From Macrostomum lignano (Eukaryota): a DNA stretch of 64,000 bases. Within the stretch, counting starts at the first letter, position 1. Each line of letters starts with the position of its first letter. Both the position numbers and the translations under genes were made by a program. Location: positions 1,240,001 through 1,304,000 of the forward strand of contig NIVC01000023.1 of the NCBI GenBank assembly GCA_002269645.1, written 5' to 3'. This document shows, piece by piece, positions 51,290-63,019 of this stretch. The notes beneath the pieces are model-generated. The model did no database searches. It worked only from the letters and a program-made list of their open reading frames with translations, and had not been told where the DNA came from.

Positions 51290-52985
51290 GAGTAGAGAGT
51301 AGATTAGGACGAGTAGAGAACGGATTAGGACGAGTATAGAGTAGATTAGGACGAGTAGAGAACAGATTAGGACGAGTAGAGAGTGGATTAGGACGAATAG
51401 AGAACGGATTAGGACGAGTATAGAGTAGATTAGGACGAGTAGAGAACAGATTAGGACGAGTAGAGAGTGGATTAGGACGAATAGAGAACGGATTAGGACG
51501 AGTAGAGAGTGGATTAGGAAGAGTAGAGAGTAGATTAGGACGAATAGAGAACGGATTAGGACGAGTAGAGAGTGGATTAGGACGAATAGAGAACGGATTA
51601 GGACGAGTAGAGAACGGATTAGGACGAGTAGAGAGTGGATTAGGACGAGTAGAGAGTAGATTGGGACGAGTAGAGAACGGATTAGGACGAGTAGAGAGTG
51701 GATTAGGACGAGTAGAGAGTAGATTGGGACGAGTAGAGAACGGATTAGGACGAGTAGAGAGTAGATTGGGACGATTAGAGAACGGATTAGGACGAGTAGA
51801 GAACTGATTAGGACGAGTAGAGAACGGATTAGGACGAGTAGAGAACGGATTAGGACGAGTAGAGAACGGATTAGGACGAGTAGAGAACGGATTAGGACGA
51901 GTAGAGAGTGGATAAGGAAGAGTAGAGAGTAGATTAGGACGAGTAGAGAACAGATTAGGACGAGTAGAGAGTGGATTAGGACGAATAGAGAACGGATTAG
52001 GACGAGTATAGAGTAGATTAGGACGAGTAGAGAACAGATTAGGACGAGTAGAGAGTGGATTAGGACGAATAGAGAACGGATTAGGACGAGTAGAGAGTGG
52101 ATTAGGAAGAGTAGAGAGTAGATTAGGACGAATAGAGAACGGATTAGGACGAGTAGAGAACGGATTAGGACGAGTAGAGAGTGGATTAGGACGAGTAGAG
52201 AGTAGATTGGGACGAGTAGAGAACGGATTAGGACGAGTAGAGAGTGGATTAGGACGAGTAGAGAGTAGATTGGGACGAGTAGAGAACGGATTAGGACGAG
52301 TAGAGAGTAGATTGGGACGATTAGAGAACGGATTAGGACGAGTAGAGAACTGATTAGGACGAGTAGAGAACGGATTAGGACGAGTAGAGAACGGATTAGG
52401 ACGAGTAGAGAACGGATTAGGACGAGTAGAGAACGGATTAGGACGAGTAGAGAGTGGATAAGGAAGAGTAGAGAGTAGATTAGGACGATTAGAGAACGGA
52501 TTAGGACGATTAGAGAACGGATTAGGACGAGTAGAGAGTGGATTAGGAAGAGTAGAGAGTAGATTAGGACGATTAGAGAACGGATTAGGACGAGTAGAGA
52601 ACTGATTAGGACGAGTAGAGAACGGATTAGGACGAGTAGAGAACGGATTAGGACGAGTAGAGAACGGATTAGGACGAGTAGAGAGTGGATTAGGAAGAGT
52701 AGAGAGTAGATTAGGACGATTAGAGAACGGATTAGGACGAGTAGAGAGTGGATTAGGAAGAGTAGAGAGTAGATTAGGACGATTAGAGAACGGATTAGGA
52801 CGAGTAGAGAGTGGATTAGGACGAGTAGAGAGTAGATTAGGACGATTAGAGAACGGATTAGGACGAGTAGAGAACGGATTAGGACGAGTAGAGAGTAGAT
52901 TAGGACGAGTAGAGAGTAGATTAGGACGAGTAGAGAGCAGATTAGGACGAGTAGAGAACGGATTGGGACGAGTAGAGAACGGATC
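51290..52985. repeat. Minisatellite, 21-bp unit (gagtagagaacggattaggac), about 80 copies
   Basis: Tandem periodicity; source of the 614-aa false ORF. Confidence 0.97.
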
Positions 52986-53489
52986 AGAGGCGGATCAGTA
53001 GACCACGGATAGCAAGGTTGGCAATCAGTACCGTGTTTTTCAGACTGAAAACAACTGGCTAGTTTCATACAGCGTTTATTTTTCGTCGCATTCATCCTGT
53101 GCTGTTGTCAAAAAAATAGAGAATAAAATAATATGCAAAAGTCTTTACACGCAGAAGAATGGGATCACAAATAAGCACGCGGTGTAAATAGGAGTTAGAA
53201 AATAATGACTTTGCGAAAAAATGCTGCGATTACAGATAGAAATACAAACAGATGACGCATAGTGAGAGCTCGAATCAATAATCAGCGCAATGAGATTGAT
53301 AGAAAGCTAAATTTATACACAGTAAAAAGAGGAAACATTAAAAATTGTTTAAAATAATAGCATATCTGGAATATCCTGTTTTGACAAAGGTATAAATAAG
53401 ACGAGCGATAAGTCCTCTGAATCCTCATTTTAGACAAGATAAGCAAGTTTGGGTAAATTGTTTCATAAAATCCTGCATGTGACATCTGG

Positions 53490-53815
53490 TGAGCCATGGC
53501 GTCTCAGCAACTCCCCATTGAGCCAATTGGCGTCTCAGCAGCTCCCCATTGAGCCATGGCATCTCAGCAACTCCCCAATTGAGCCATGGCATCTCAGCAA
53601 CTCCCCCATTGAGCCAACTGGCATCTCAGCAACTCCCAATTGAGCCAATTGGCATCTCAGCAACTTCCCAATTGAGCCATGGCATCTCAGCAACTCCCCA
53701 TTGAGCCAATTGGCATCTCAGCAACTCCCCCATTGAGCCATGGCATCTCAGCAACTCCCCCATTGAGCAATGGCATCTCAGCAACTCCCCCATTGAGTCA
53801 TGACATCTCAGCAGC
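53490..53815. repeat. Minisatellite, about 29-33-bp unit (ggcatctcagcaactcccccattgagcca)
   Basis: Tandem periodicity. Confidence 0.92.
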
Positions 53816-53968
53816 TCTCGATTAATGCTTTAATGACATTATGATGAAGAAGAGTTAATGACAAATAAGTAATCATGAAGTCAGCTGCAACGCGTCTAAA
53901 AACGAGGATCCTGACTGCCTAAAAGAGTCATTTGTTCAGTGTTCAGTGACTCAATTGTTACCAGTCTG

Positions 53969-56894
53969 TCAATCCTGACTGGCTGCAAACCACTGCATGA
54001 GGTCCTGGTGCAGCTTGACGCCAACCGTAGGCAAATCAGTGTGCAGCTGGTGCCTGGCGCCCAGGTAAGCCCGGCCAGTCACCGGTTTGCCCAGGGCCTG
54101 TCCGGCGGCCACAAAAGCGGCAGATCGAGCCGGATCGGCGATGCGGTCGGCTGTGCCCGTGATGAGCAGAGTTGGCAGAGTGATGGAGCCCGGCTGGGTT
54201 GCTAGCATAGCTTCCAGCATCCAGGCGCACACCCGAGTGTACAGCACGCGCTGCTTGATGCTGGTGTCCGTGTGCAGCTGCTCCTGCTGCAGTTGGTTGG
54301 GGCACTTTTGTTGTACTGCCGCGTCATGTTCATTTGAACTACTGGCACGGTAGCAAGGGGATCGAGCAGGGTCTGATCTGGGACTCTCGGACTGTGTGGC
54401 ACTCTGGGACTCTTAGACTGTGTGGCACTCTGGGACTGTCAGACTGTAGCACTCTGGGACTCTCAGACTGTGTGGCACTCTGGGACTGTGTGGCACTCTG
54501 GGACTGTGTGGCACTCTGGGACTGTGTGGCACTCTGGGACTGTGTGGCACTCTGGGACTATGTGGCACTCTGGGACTGTGTGGCACTCTGGGACTGTGTG
54601 GCACTCTGGGACTGTGTGGCACTCTGGGACTGTGGCACTCTGGGACTGTGTGGCACTCTGGGACTGTGTGGCACTCTGGGACTGTGTGGCACTCTGGGAC
54701 TGTGTGGCACTCTGGGGCTCTCAGACTGTGTGGCACCCTGGGACACTCAGACTGTGTTATTGATAGGCATATTGTAAGCATCCCATACCGTCTCCTTGCT
54801 CCTGGTGAGATCTTCCGGTCGGAATCGGCCACCGGGCAGCGGCAGATTCGGAAGTCGCGGCAGCAGCCACTTGCTGAGCTGCACTCTGCGCTTCGTCAGC
54901 TTCATGCCCGCCGGCTGCAGAGCGGGTGACAGCCACACCATGGCTGACAGGGGCGGCTGCGGGCTCCGGCCGCACATTCGGTGCAGTACCAGTGCGCCCT
55001 GGGAGTGTTGTTTGTTTTGCAATCGGTTGGGTACATTTACGGTAGATAATTTAGTAATGCTTGGATAGATAGGGTAATGCTTGGATAGATAGGGTAATGC
55101 TTGGATAGATAGGGTAATGCTTGGATAGATTGGGTAATGCTTGGATAGATTGCTAATGCTTGGATAGATTGGGTAATGCTTGGATAGATTGGGTAATGCT
55201 TGGATAGATAGGGTAATGCTTGGATAGATTGGGTAATGCTTGGATAGATTGCTAATGCTTGGATAGATTGGGTAATGCTTGATAGATTGGGTAATGGTTG
55301 GATAGATTGGGTAATGCTTGGATAGATTGGGTAATGCTTGGATAGATTGGGTAATGCTTGGATAGATTGGGTAATGCTTGGATAGATACGGTAATGCTTG
55401 GATAGATTGGGTAATGCTTGGATAGATTGGGTAATGCTTGGATAGATTGGGTAATGCTTGGATAGATTGGGTAATGCTTGGATAGACTGGGTAATGCTTG
55501 GATAGATTGGGTAATGCTTGGATAGATTGGGTAATGCTTGGATAGATTGGGTAATGCTTGGATAGATTGGGTAATGCTTGGATAGATTGGGTAATGCTTG
55601 GATAGATTGGGTAATGCTTGGATAGATTGGGTAATGCTTGGATAGATTGGGTAATGCTTGGATAGATTGGGTAATGCTTGGATAGATACGGTAATGCTTG
55701 GATAGATTGGGTAATGCTTGGATAGATTGGGTAATGCTTGGATAGATTGGGTAATGCTTGGATAGATTGGGTAATGCTTGGATAGACTGGGTAATGCTTG
55801 GATAGATTGGGTAATGCTTGGATAGATTGGGTAATGCTTGGATAGATTGGGTAATGCTTGGATAGATTGGGTAATGCTTGGATAGATTGGGTAATGCTTG
55901 GATAGATTGGGTAATGCTTGGATAGATTGGGTAATGCTTGGATAGATTGGGTAATGCTTGGATAGATTGGGTAATGCTTGGATAGATTGGGTAATGCTTG
56001 GATAGATTGGGTAATGCTTGGATAGACTGGGTAATGCTTGGATAGATTGGGTAATATTTAGCCGGATTTACTTGAACAGGCACTATATAAGGCATACTAA
56101 CCATGGAATACCCAACTCCGTAGACGATGCAGTCCGGGAATTCCAGCTTCAGTTTTGCCAAATGAGCAGCAGCCACATCCACAAGGGTGTCGATAGACCG
56201 CAGCTGGTTCACGTTGCCCTCGCTAAGGCCGTGGCCGTCTGAAATGTAAAATGGTTTATTTTTTTAGTCAGGTAGTTTTTTTAATATTTACAGCTCTATA
56301 AATAGCCATGCAGCTTGTGGCTTCTATTGTTGTTAGACAGAGCGAACCATAGTGCGTACTTTTTGCGTACAAATTTTAATTAATAACATGACCGACAAAA
56401 CTCACAGAAGTCGTGTCCGACAGCGAGGAAACCGGCTGCGGCCAGCGGTTCGGCCAGCTGGTGAAAATAGCCGCAGTGCTCGGCGAATCCGTGACACAGA
56501 AACACCAGCTCCTGGCGCCTGTGCGCGAGATGGTTCAGTGAGGGCTTTAGATTACTGCGGGACCTCGGGACTGCGGGACCTCGGGACTGCGGGACCTCGG
56601 GTCTGCGGGACCTCGGGACTGCGGGACCTCAGGTCTATTGAACCTCGGGACTGTAGGATTTTGGAGCTAAACGTTTTTTGGGATTCTAAGAATCAGGGAC
56701 TAAATGACATCAGAAGTCTGGGTCTAAGTGAGATTATTGGGCGGGGAAATGTACCAACATAAAACAAACAATAACAAATCTCACCGGGGCCCCTGTGGTG
56801 TCCATCTCCGTTCGTAGATGTTGTATCCCGCCAGCTGCACGTGACATCCGCTAGCAATGGCGCCCAGAGAGTTACCAGCACAGTAGCTAGACAT
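53969..56894 (-). CDS. MGLL: Monoglyceride lipase-like alpha/beta hydrolase (serine aminopeptidase S33 / Hydrolase_4 type), 5 exons, 295 aa
   Basis: Exons 56894-56785, 56518-56406, 56238-56102, 54998-54789 and 54286-53969; GT-AG introns, total 888 nt. Motifs LVFLCHGFAEH, GHDFYGHGLSEG, nucleophile GYSMG, MVWLSPA, LLITGTADRIAD (Asp) and YLGARHQLH (His) parallel human MGLL. Orthology was not tested. Confidence 0.88.
54375..54745. repeat. Minisatellite in MGLL-like intron 4, 18-bp unit (ctgtgtggcactctggga)
   Basis: Tandem periodicity. Confidence 0.95.
55045..56055. repeat. Minisatellite in MGLL-like intron 3, 20-bp unit (ggatagattgggtaatgctt), about 50 copies
   Basis: Fills about 90% of the intron. 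Confidence 0.97.
56565..56650. repeat. Short 16-bp tandem repeat (ctgcgggacctcggga) in MGLL-like intron 1
   Basis: About 4-5 copies. Confidence 0.85.
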
Positions 56895-57594
56895 GTCTTA
56901 GACTTGATGAACTAACTGGATTAGTTTTTTTTAATCTTTTAGGAAACTGATCCAATAGTCAGAGTTTTCGTTGACAACCAGCCGTCATCGCTCTTCTGAA
57001 TTTATATCAAGAATTCCGGCCAGAAACTGGCGGACCTCCCAGGCCAGGCGGAGGCTGGGAGGGGGCCGCAACCGGTCTTCATCAGGCACAGCCTCGGATT
57101 GGCCAGAAGGGGGCTGACAATCAGGCGGACTGCGATGCGCAGTGCCAGGTTTCAAGGCTTCATCAAAAAAGAGCGACGGACTGGGATTGTCGGGGCCGGT
57201 GTTAACGTTTAAACAAAAATTAAAAAAAACTTACAGATGTTCCAAAGAAGGTCAATGGATTTTGGCAGCCGCTTCTATTTTTAAAACAGCTCAAAAGTGG
57301 TTTGAACCCGAATAACTACTAGAGAGTTAGAGCCAGTCAAAGGTGAAATTCGGAGTGTAAACATGATCTCAGAATGAACATATTTCAACTCGACCTTTTA
57401 TCAGCTTTTGCTTTGTCTACAAATTAATTGCTCGTAGAACGAGGCTCGAAATAATTGAGAAATTTTCCACTTGCAGTTGCTGGGTCTAAAGTGGCGATTG
57501 ACCGCACTTGAAAAATGTTCGAGTAGATAAAGAAGCTGCAATCTGGTGCAGAAAGCTTCACGAACTTGTCTGGACTAAACCTTACCCTGTGGAT

Positions 57595-58880
57595 CTCTAT
57601 GGGACTCTGGGACTGTCAGACTGTGGATCTCTATGGGACTCTGGGACTGTCAGACTGTGGATCTCTATGGGACTCTGGGACTGTCAGACTGTGGATCTCT
57701 ATGGGACTCTGGGACTGTCAGACTGTGGATCTCTATGGGACTCTGGGACTGTCAGACTGTGGATCTCTATGGGACTCTGGGACTGTCAGACTGTGGATCT
57801 CTATGGGACTCTGGGACTGTCAGACTGTGGATCTCTATGGGACTCTGGGACTGTCAGACTGTGGATCTCTATGGGACTCTGGGACTGTCAGACTGTGGAT
57901 CTCTATGGGACTCTGGGACTGTCAGACTGTGGATCTCTATGGGACTCTGGGACTCTCAGACTGTGGATCTCTATGGGACTCTGGGACTGTCAGACTGTGG
58001 ATCTCTATGGGACTCTGGGACTGTCAGACTGTGGATCTCTATGGGACTCTGGGACTGTCAGACTGTGGATCTCTATGGGACTCTGGGACTGTCAGACTGT
58101 GGATCTCTATGGGACTCTGGGACTGTCAGACTGTGGATCTCTATGGGACTCTGGGACTGTCAGACTGTGGATCTCTATGGGACTCTGGGACTCTCAGACT
58201 GTGGATCTCTATGGGACTCTGGGACTCTCAGACTGTGGATCTCTATGGGACTCTGGGACTGTCAGACTGTGGATCTCTATGGCACTCTGGGACTCTCAGA
58301 CTGTGTGGCACTCTGGGACTGTGTGGCACTCTGGGACTCTCAGACTGTGTGGCACTCTGGGACTCTCAGACTGTGTGGCACTCTGGGACTGTGTGGCACT
58401 CTGGGACTGTGTGGCACTCTGGGACTGTGTGGCACTCTGGGACTGTGTGGCACTCTGGGACTGTGCGGCACTCTGGGACTGTGTGGCACTCTGGGACTGT
58501 GTGGCACTCTGGGACTGTGTGGCACTCTGGGACTGTGTGGCACTCTGGGACTGTGTGGCACTCTGGGACTGTGTGGCACTCTGGGACTGTCAGACTGTAG
58601 CACTCTGGGACTGTCAGACTGTAGCACTCTGGGACTGTCAGACTGTAGCACTCTGGGACTGTCAGACTGTGTGGCACTCTGGGACTGTCAGACTGTAGCA
58701 CTCTGTGACTGTCAGACTGTAGCACTCTGGGACTGTGTGGCACTCTGGGACTGTCAGACTGTGGCACTCTGTGACTGTCAGACTGTAGCACTCTGGGACT
58801 GTGTGGCACTCTGGGACTGTGTGGCACTCTGGGACTGTCAGACTGTAGCACTCTGGGACTGTGTGGCACTCTGGGACTCT
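57595..58880. repeat. Compound minisatellite: 34-bp unit (to about 58290) switching to 18/28-bp units
   Basis: ctgtggatctctatgggactctgggactgtcaga, then ctgtgtggcactctggga. Confidence 0.96.
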
Positions 58881-59499
58881 CAATGTCTAGATATTTGTGT
58901 TTCGCGGTCATGCCTCAGCTGCATGCCCGCCACTCTTGCCCAACAATGTCGGCCCGTCCCACAATGACGGCATTGAAGTTGCTGTCATGTGATTTAGCCT
59001 GAGCAAATTTATATTTTTTGTAGTCCTATTTTTTTCTTTCGGAAAAATCAGTCATGCATCCAGACTAACTGTTTATAAGCAGCAACATTCGCACTCTGAC
59101 TGAAGATCGCTGTGAGTAGACACGTACTTAAACAATAGGTTTCATGGAAACAAAGATTGCAATGAAAAAACGTGCTCCGTGTGATTACATCTAGCTAGAT
59201 TATCATGATTTAGTTCACTCTGACACATTTAAATTTGGGTAAACATTTTTATCTAGGCACTATTGGGTATTTTCCTTACTTGGCATTGTGCCAACCAAAC
59301 CCTGTGTGACCGCAGAAATAAATTTATAACAATTTTTTAGGGGCAGAGAGGAATTTCAATGCATTGAAATACTTTATTATCTTAAAATTCGCATCACTAG
59401 ACTTCTAGATATTCCTAAATAGTTATTCAGGAATTTAGATATCTAGTGCGGACATCTGGACACCAGACTTTCTGAGCATCTAGACATCGAGATATCTAA

Positions 59500-60110
59500 T
59501 CAAGTAGAAATCGAAATATCTAATCATCTAGGCCATGAAATATCTAATCATCTAGGCATTGAAGTATCTAATCATGTAGAAATCGAAATGTCTAATCATC
59601 TAGGCCATGAAATATCTAATCATCTAGGCATTGAAGTATCTAATCATGTAGAAATCGAAATGTCTAATCATCTAGGCCATGAAATATCTAATCATCTAGG
59701 CATTGAAGTATCTAATCATGTAGAAATCGAAATGTCTAATCATCTAGGCCATGAAATATCTAATCATCTAGGCATTGAAGTATCTAATCATGTAGAAATC
59801 GAAATGTCTAATCATCTAGGCCATGAAATATCTAATCATCTAGGCATTGAAGTATCTAATCATGTAGAAATCGAAATGTCTAATCATCTAGGCCATGAAA
59901 TATCTAATCATCTAGGCATTGAAGTATCTAATCATGTAGAAATCGAAATGTCTAATCATCTAGGCCATGAAATATCTAATCATCTAGGCATTGAAGTATC
60001 TAATCATGTAGAAATCGAAATGTCTAATCATCTAGGCCATGAAATATCTAATCATCTAGGCATTGAAGTATCTAATCATGTAGAAATCGAAATATCGAAA
60101 CATCTAGACA
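59500..60110. repeat. 72-bp higher-order repeat (three 24-bp subunits), about 7-8 perfect copies
   Basis: Subunits tctaatcatctaggccatgaaata / tctaatcatctaggcattgaagta / tctaatcatgtagaaatcgaaatg; lines 59581 and 59941 are identical. Confidence 0.96.
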
Positions 60111-60821
60111 TCCAGATATCTTAGTAATCTAGATATCGAGATGACTAGATGTAATCTTAATGTCCTAACAACTAGATATCTCAGTGTCTAGATGACTAGA
60201 TATCTCGATGACATAAAAATCTATTCATCTAAAAACTACGAGTTTTCGTGTATTAGTGTATATATACGATATTATTCACTTAAATATTATGTTTTCTAGA
60301 AATTATTATCTATAAAAAAATCGGTTAGTTGGACTAAAACGAGACAGCATAAAATTATTGAACAATTTTAAACAGGTACAACTAATAACACCTGAGCAAA
60401 TATTGCAAAAAAAACTCGTAAAACAACAGTTAAACTACTAACAGTAATATACTCGATACAAATTGATATAAGTTTTTCATTAAAAATCCCGATATTAATT
60501 TTTTATGCTCTGTCCAGGGCCCAGATAATTAGTCATTGGTTGTTTGGATAGCAACGACAACAAAAACTTTGCGAAAGAGGGATGAGAAGTCACAATTTGG
60601 AGTGAAGTGTACGCAAGTTGTGGTGACTGACCATTTTTAGGGAAAGATGTATAATTTCATCCCTAATTTTCTAGTGTACACTTCCAGCTGATGCTGGGCA
60701 GAATGAGCTTAATTAGACAATGGCTTGGATGAGTGAAGAATAAATGCATTGTAGAATATCTGCAGCTATAGACTGCCCAAGTGAACTGCCCCATCCTACT
60801 TCACACTAACCAAACCCTACA

Positions 60822-62562
60822 ATGGACAAAAATATCCGCCCTGCCGTTTCCAAATCCAAGTGCGAACTTGGAGATTTGTCAAGAAGTTCCAAACTGACAG
60901 AACAGGCACAGCAGAGCCTCAAGCTGCTCGGACCGCTGACACCCAGGTCAAAGAAATACCAGACTGCCAATGCAACTGTGGACAAGTAAGCTGAGGGTGT
61001 TATGGGACCAGGGTCAGGATTTTTGTTGGGGCGCCAGCACCAGGGGCTTTAGCACCAGGGGCTTTAGCACCAGAGGATTTAGCACCAGAGGATTTAGCAC
61101 CAGAGGATTTATCACCAGAGGATTTAGCACCAGGGGCTTTAGCACCAGAGGATTTAGCACCAGAGGATTTAGCACCAGAGGATTTAGCACCAGGGGCTTT
61201 AGCACCAGGGGCTTTAGCACCAGAGGATTTAGCACCAGAGGATTTAGCACCAGGGGCTTTAGCACCAGGGGCTTTAGCACCAGAGGATTTAGCACCAGAG
61301 GATTTAGCACCAGGGGCTTTAGCACCAGAGGATTTATCACCAGAGGATTTAGCACCAGGGGCTTTAGCACCAGAGGATTTAGCACCAGAGGATTTAGCAC
61401 CAGGGGCTTTAGCACCAGAGGATTTAGCACCAGAGGATTTAGCACCAGGGGCTTTAGCACCAGAGGATTTAGCACCAGGGGCTTTAGCACCAGAGGATTT
61501 AGCACCAGAGGATTTAGCACCAGGGGCTTTAGCACCAGGGGCTTTAGCACCAGGGGCTTTAGCACCAGGGGCTTTAGCACCAGAGGATTTAGCACCAGGG
61601 GCTTTAGCACCGGGGGCTTTAGCACCAGAGGATTTAGCACCAGGGGTGCCAGGACCAGGCGCGCCATATTAACTGAGTATAGCATATTTTGCTGAAGCCT
61701 CTATGTAACTGGCGCCCCCTGTATGCTCTCCTGCAGATGCTCTTCCTATTATCCTTATAAAAATATAAACTCTGAAAAAATATACATTTTATGTTTATTT
61801 TCTAATGGTTTCTTTCTATAAAAAATAGAAAGCCGCATCGAGGTCGATTTTTTAGCGACGGAGAATGGCAGGAGGCCTGCGATGACCGCGACAGCGGGGA
61901 GCGGGACATCTGGCCGAGTGAGCAGCAGGAAGAGAGCAGGTGAGCATGGTGTGAGGGGTGGGCATTCGGAATGGATCGCTAATCTATAGCCATTTCTGCT
62001 GGGTGAAGGAACAGAATGGATTGCTAATCTATAGCCATATCTGCTGGGTGAAGGAACAGAATGGATTGCTAATCTATAGCCATATCTGCTGGGTGAAGGA
62101 ACAGAATGGATTGCTAATCTATAGCCATATCTGCTGGGTGAAGGAACAGAATGGATTGCTAATCTATAGCCATATCTGCTGGGTGAAGGAACAGAATGGA
62201 TTGCTAATCTATAGCCATATCTGCTGGGTGAAGGAACAGAATGGATTGCTAATCTATAGCCATATCTGCTGGGTGAAGGAACAGAATGGATTGCTAATCT
62301 ATAGCCATATTTACTCTCCATATTCTACAGAAAACTCTTCACAGCCAACAAGTCAGGTGACACCTTCGACTTTCATCATCAGCAGCAGCAGCAATTACGC
62401 GTCCTCTCCGTTTCGACGGAGGCGGTGCAGCTGAGCCACCAGCAGCGCCCGCCGCCCCGCCGTCTGCCGCCAATCAGGAAGGCTGCATCAACCAGTCAGG
62501 ACTCGAAGGATGGGGACCGCCTGCTGCATTCCGAAGATGCTGAAGGAAAGAACCTGTTTTAA
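60822..62562 (+). CDS. Hypothetical orphan protein, 3 exons, about 168 aa, low complexity/disordered
   Basis: Exons 60822-60985, 61829-61939 (alternative in-frame acceptor at 61856) and 62331-62562. Donors gtaagc and gtgagc, phase 2 at both introns; in-frame TAA upstream of the ATG; polyQ (cag)n as in other exons here. No recognised homology. Confidence 0.6.
61035..61650. repeat. Minisatellite in orphan-gene intron 1, 15-bp unit (tttagcaccagagga / tttagcaccaggggc)
   Basis: Two interspersed unit variants. Confidence 0.96.
61965..62310. repeat. Minisatellite in orphan-gene intron 2, 45-bp unit, about 7-8 copies
   Basis: Unit gaatggattgctaatctatagccatatctgctgggtgaaggaaca; the array runs almost to the acceptor. 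Confidence 0.95.
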
Positions 62563-62697
62563 AGTATTAAAATTAGTTGGGTAAAACATCGTTCACGCAC
62601 ACTTTATGATCCGTCAACGTACTTAAGTGTCCGTTATACTGTAAATAAATTTGAATTTCTCAGTTGAAGCTGTTTACTAAATAAAATCATTCGTTTT

Positions 62698-63004
62698 GGG
62701 CTGGGTGAGATGCGGGCTGGGTGAGATGCGGGTTGCGTGAGATGCGGGCTGGGTGAGATGCGGGCTGGGTGAGATGCGGGCTGGGTGAGATGCGGGTTGG
62801 GTGAGATGCGGGTTGGTTGAGATGCGGGTTGGGTGAGATGCGGGTTGGGTGAGATGTGGGTTGGGTGAGATGCGGGCTGGGTGAGATGCGCGCTGGGTGA
62901 GATGCAGGCTGGGTGAGATGTGGGTTGGGTGAGATGCGGGCTGGGTGAGATGCAGGCTGGGTGAGATGCGGGCTGGGTGAGATGCAGGCTGGGTGAGATG
63001 CGGA
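62698..63004. repeat. Minisatellite, 16-bp unit (ctgggtgagatgcggg)
   Basis: Tandem periodicity. Confidence 0.95.
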
Positions 63005-63019
63005 CTTTAATAGCTTACA

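Noticed and set aside
51251-53095. 614-aa Leu/Ile-rich ORF
   Set aside because: Translation of a 21-bp array.
55037-56100. Repeat portion of the 391-aa ORF
   Set aside because: Only 56102-56238 is exonic (MGLL-like exon 3); the rest is the intronic 20-bp array read through the donor.
57508-58967. 340-444-aa W/C/H-rich ORFs
   Set aside because: Translations of the 34-bp and 18-bp arrays, open in all three frames.
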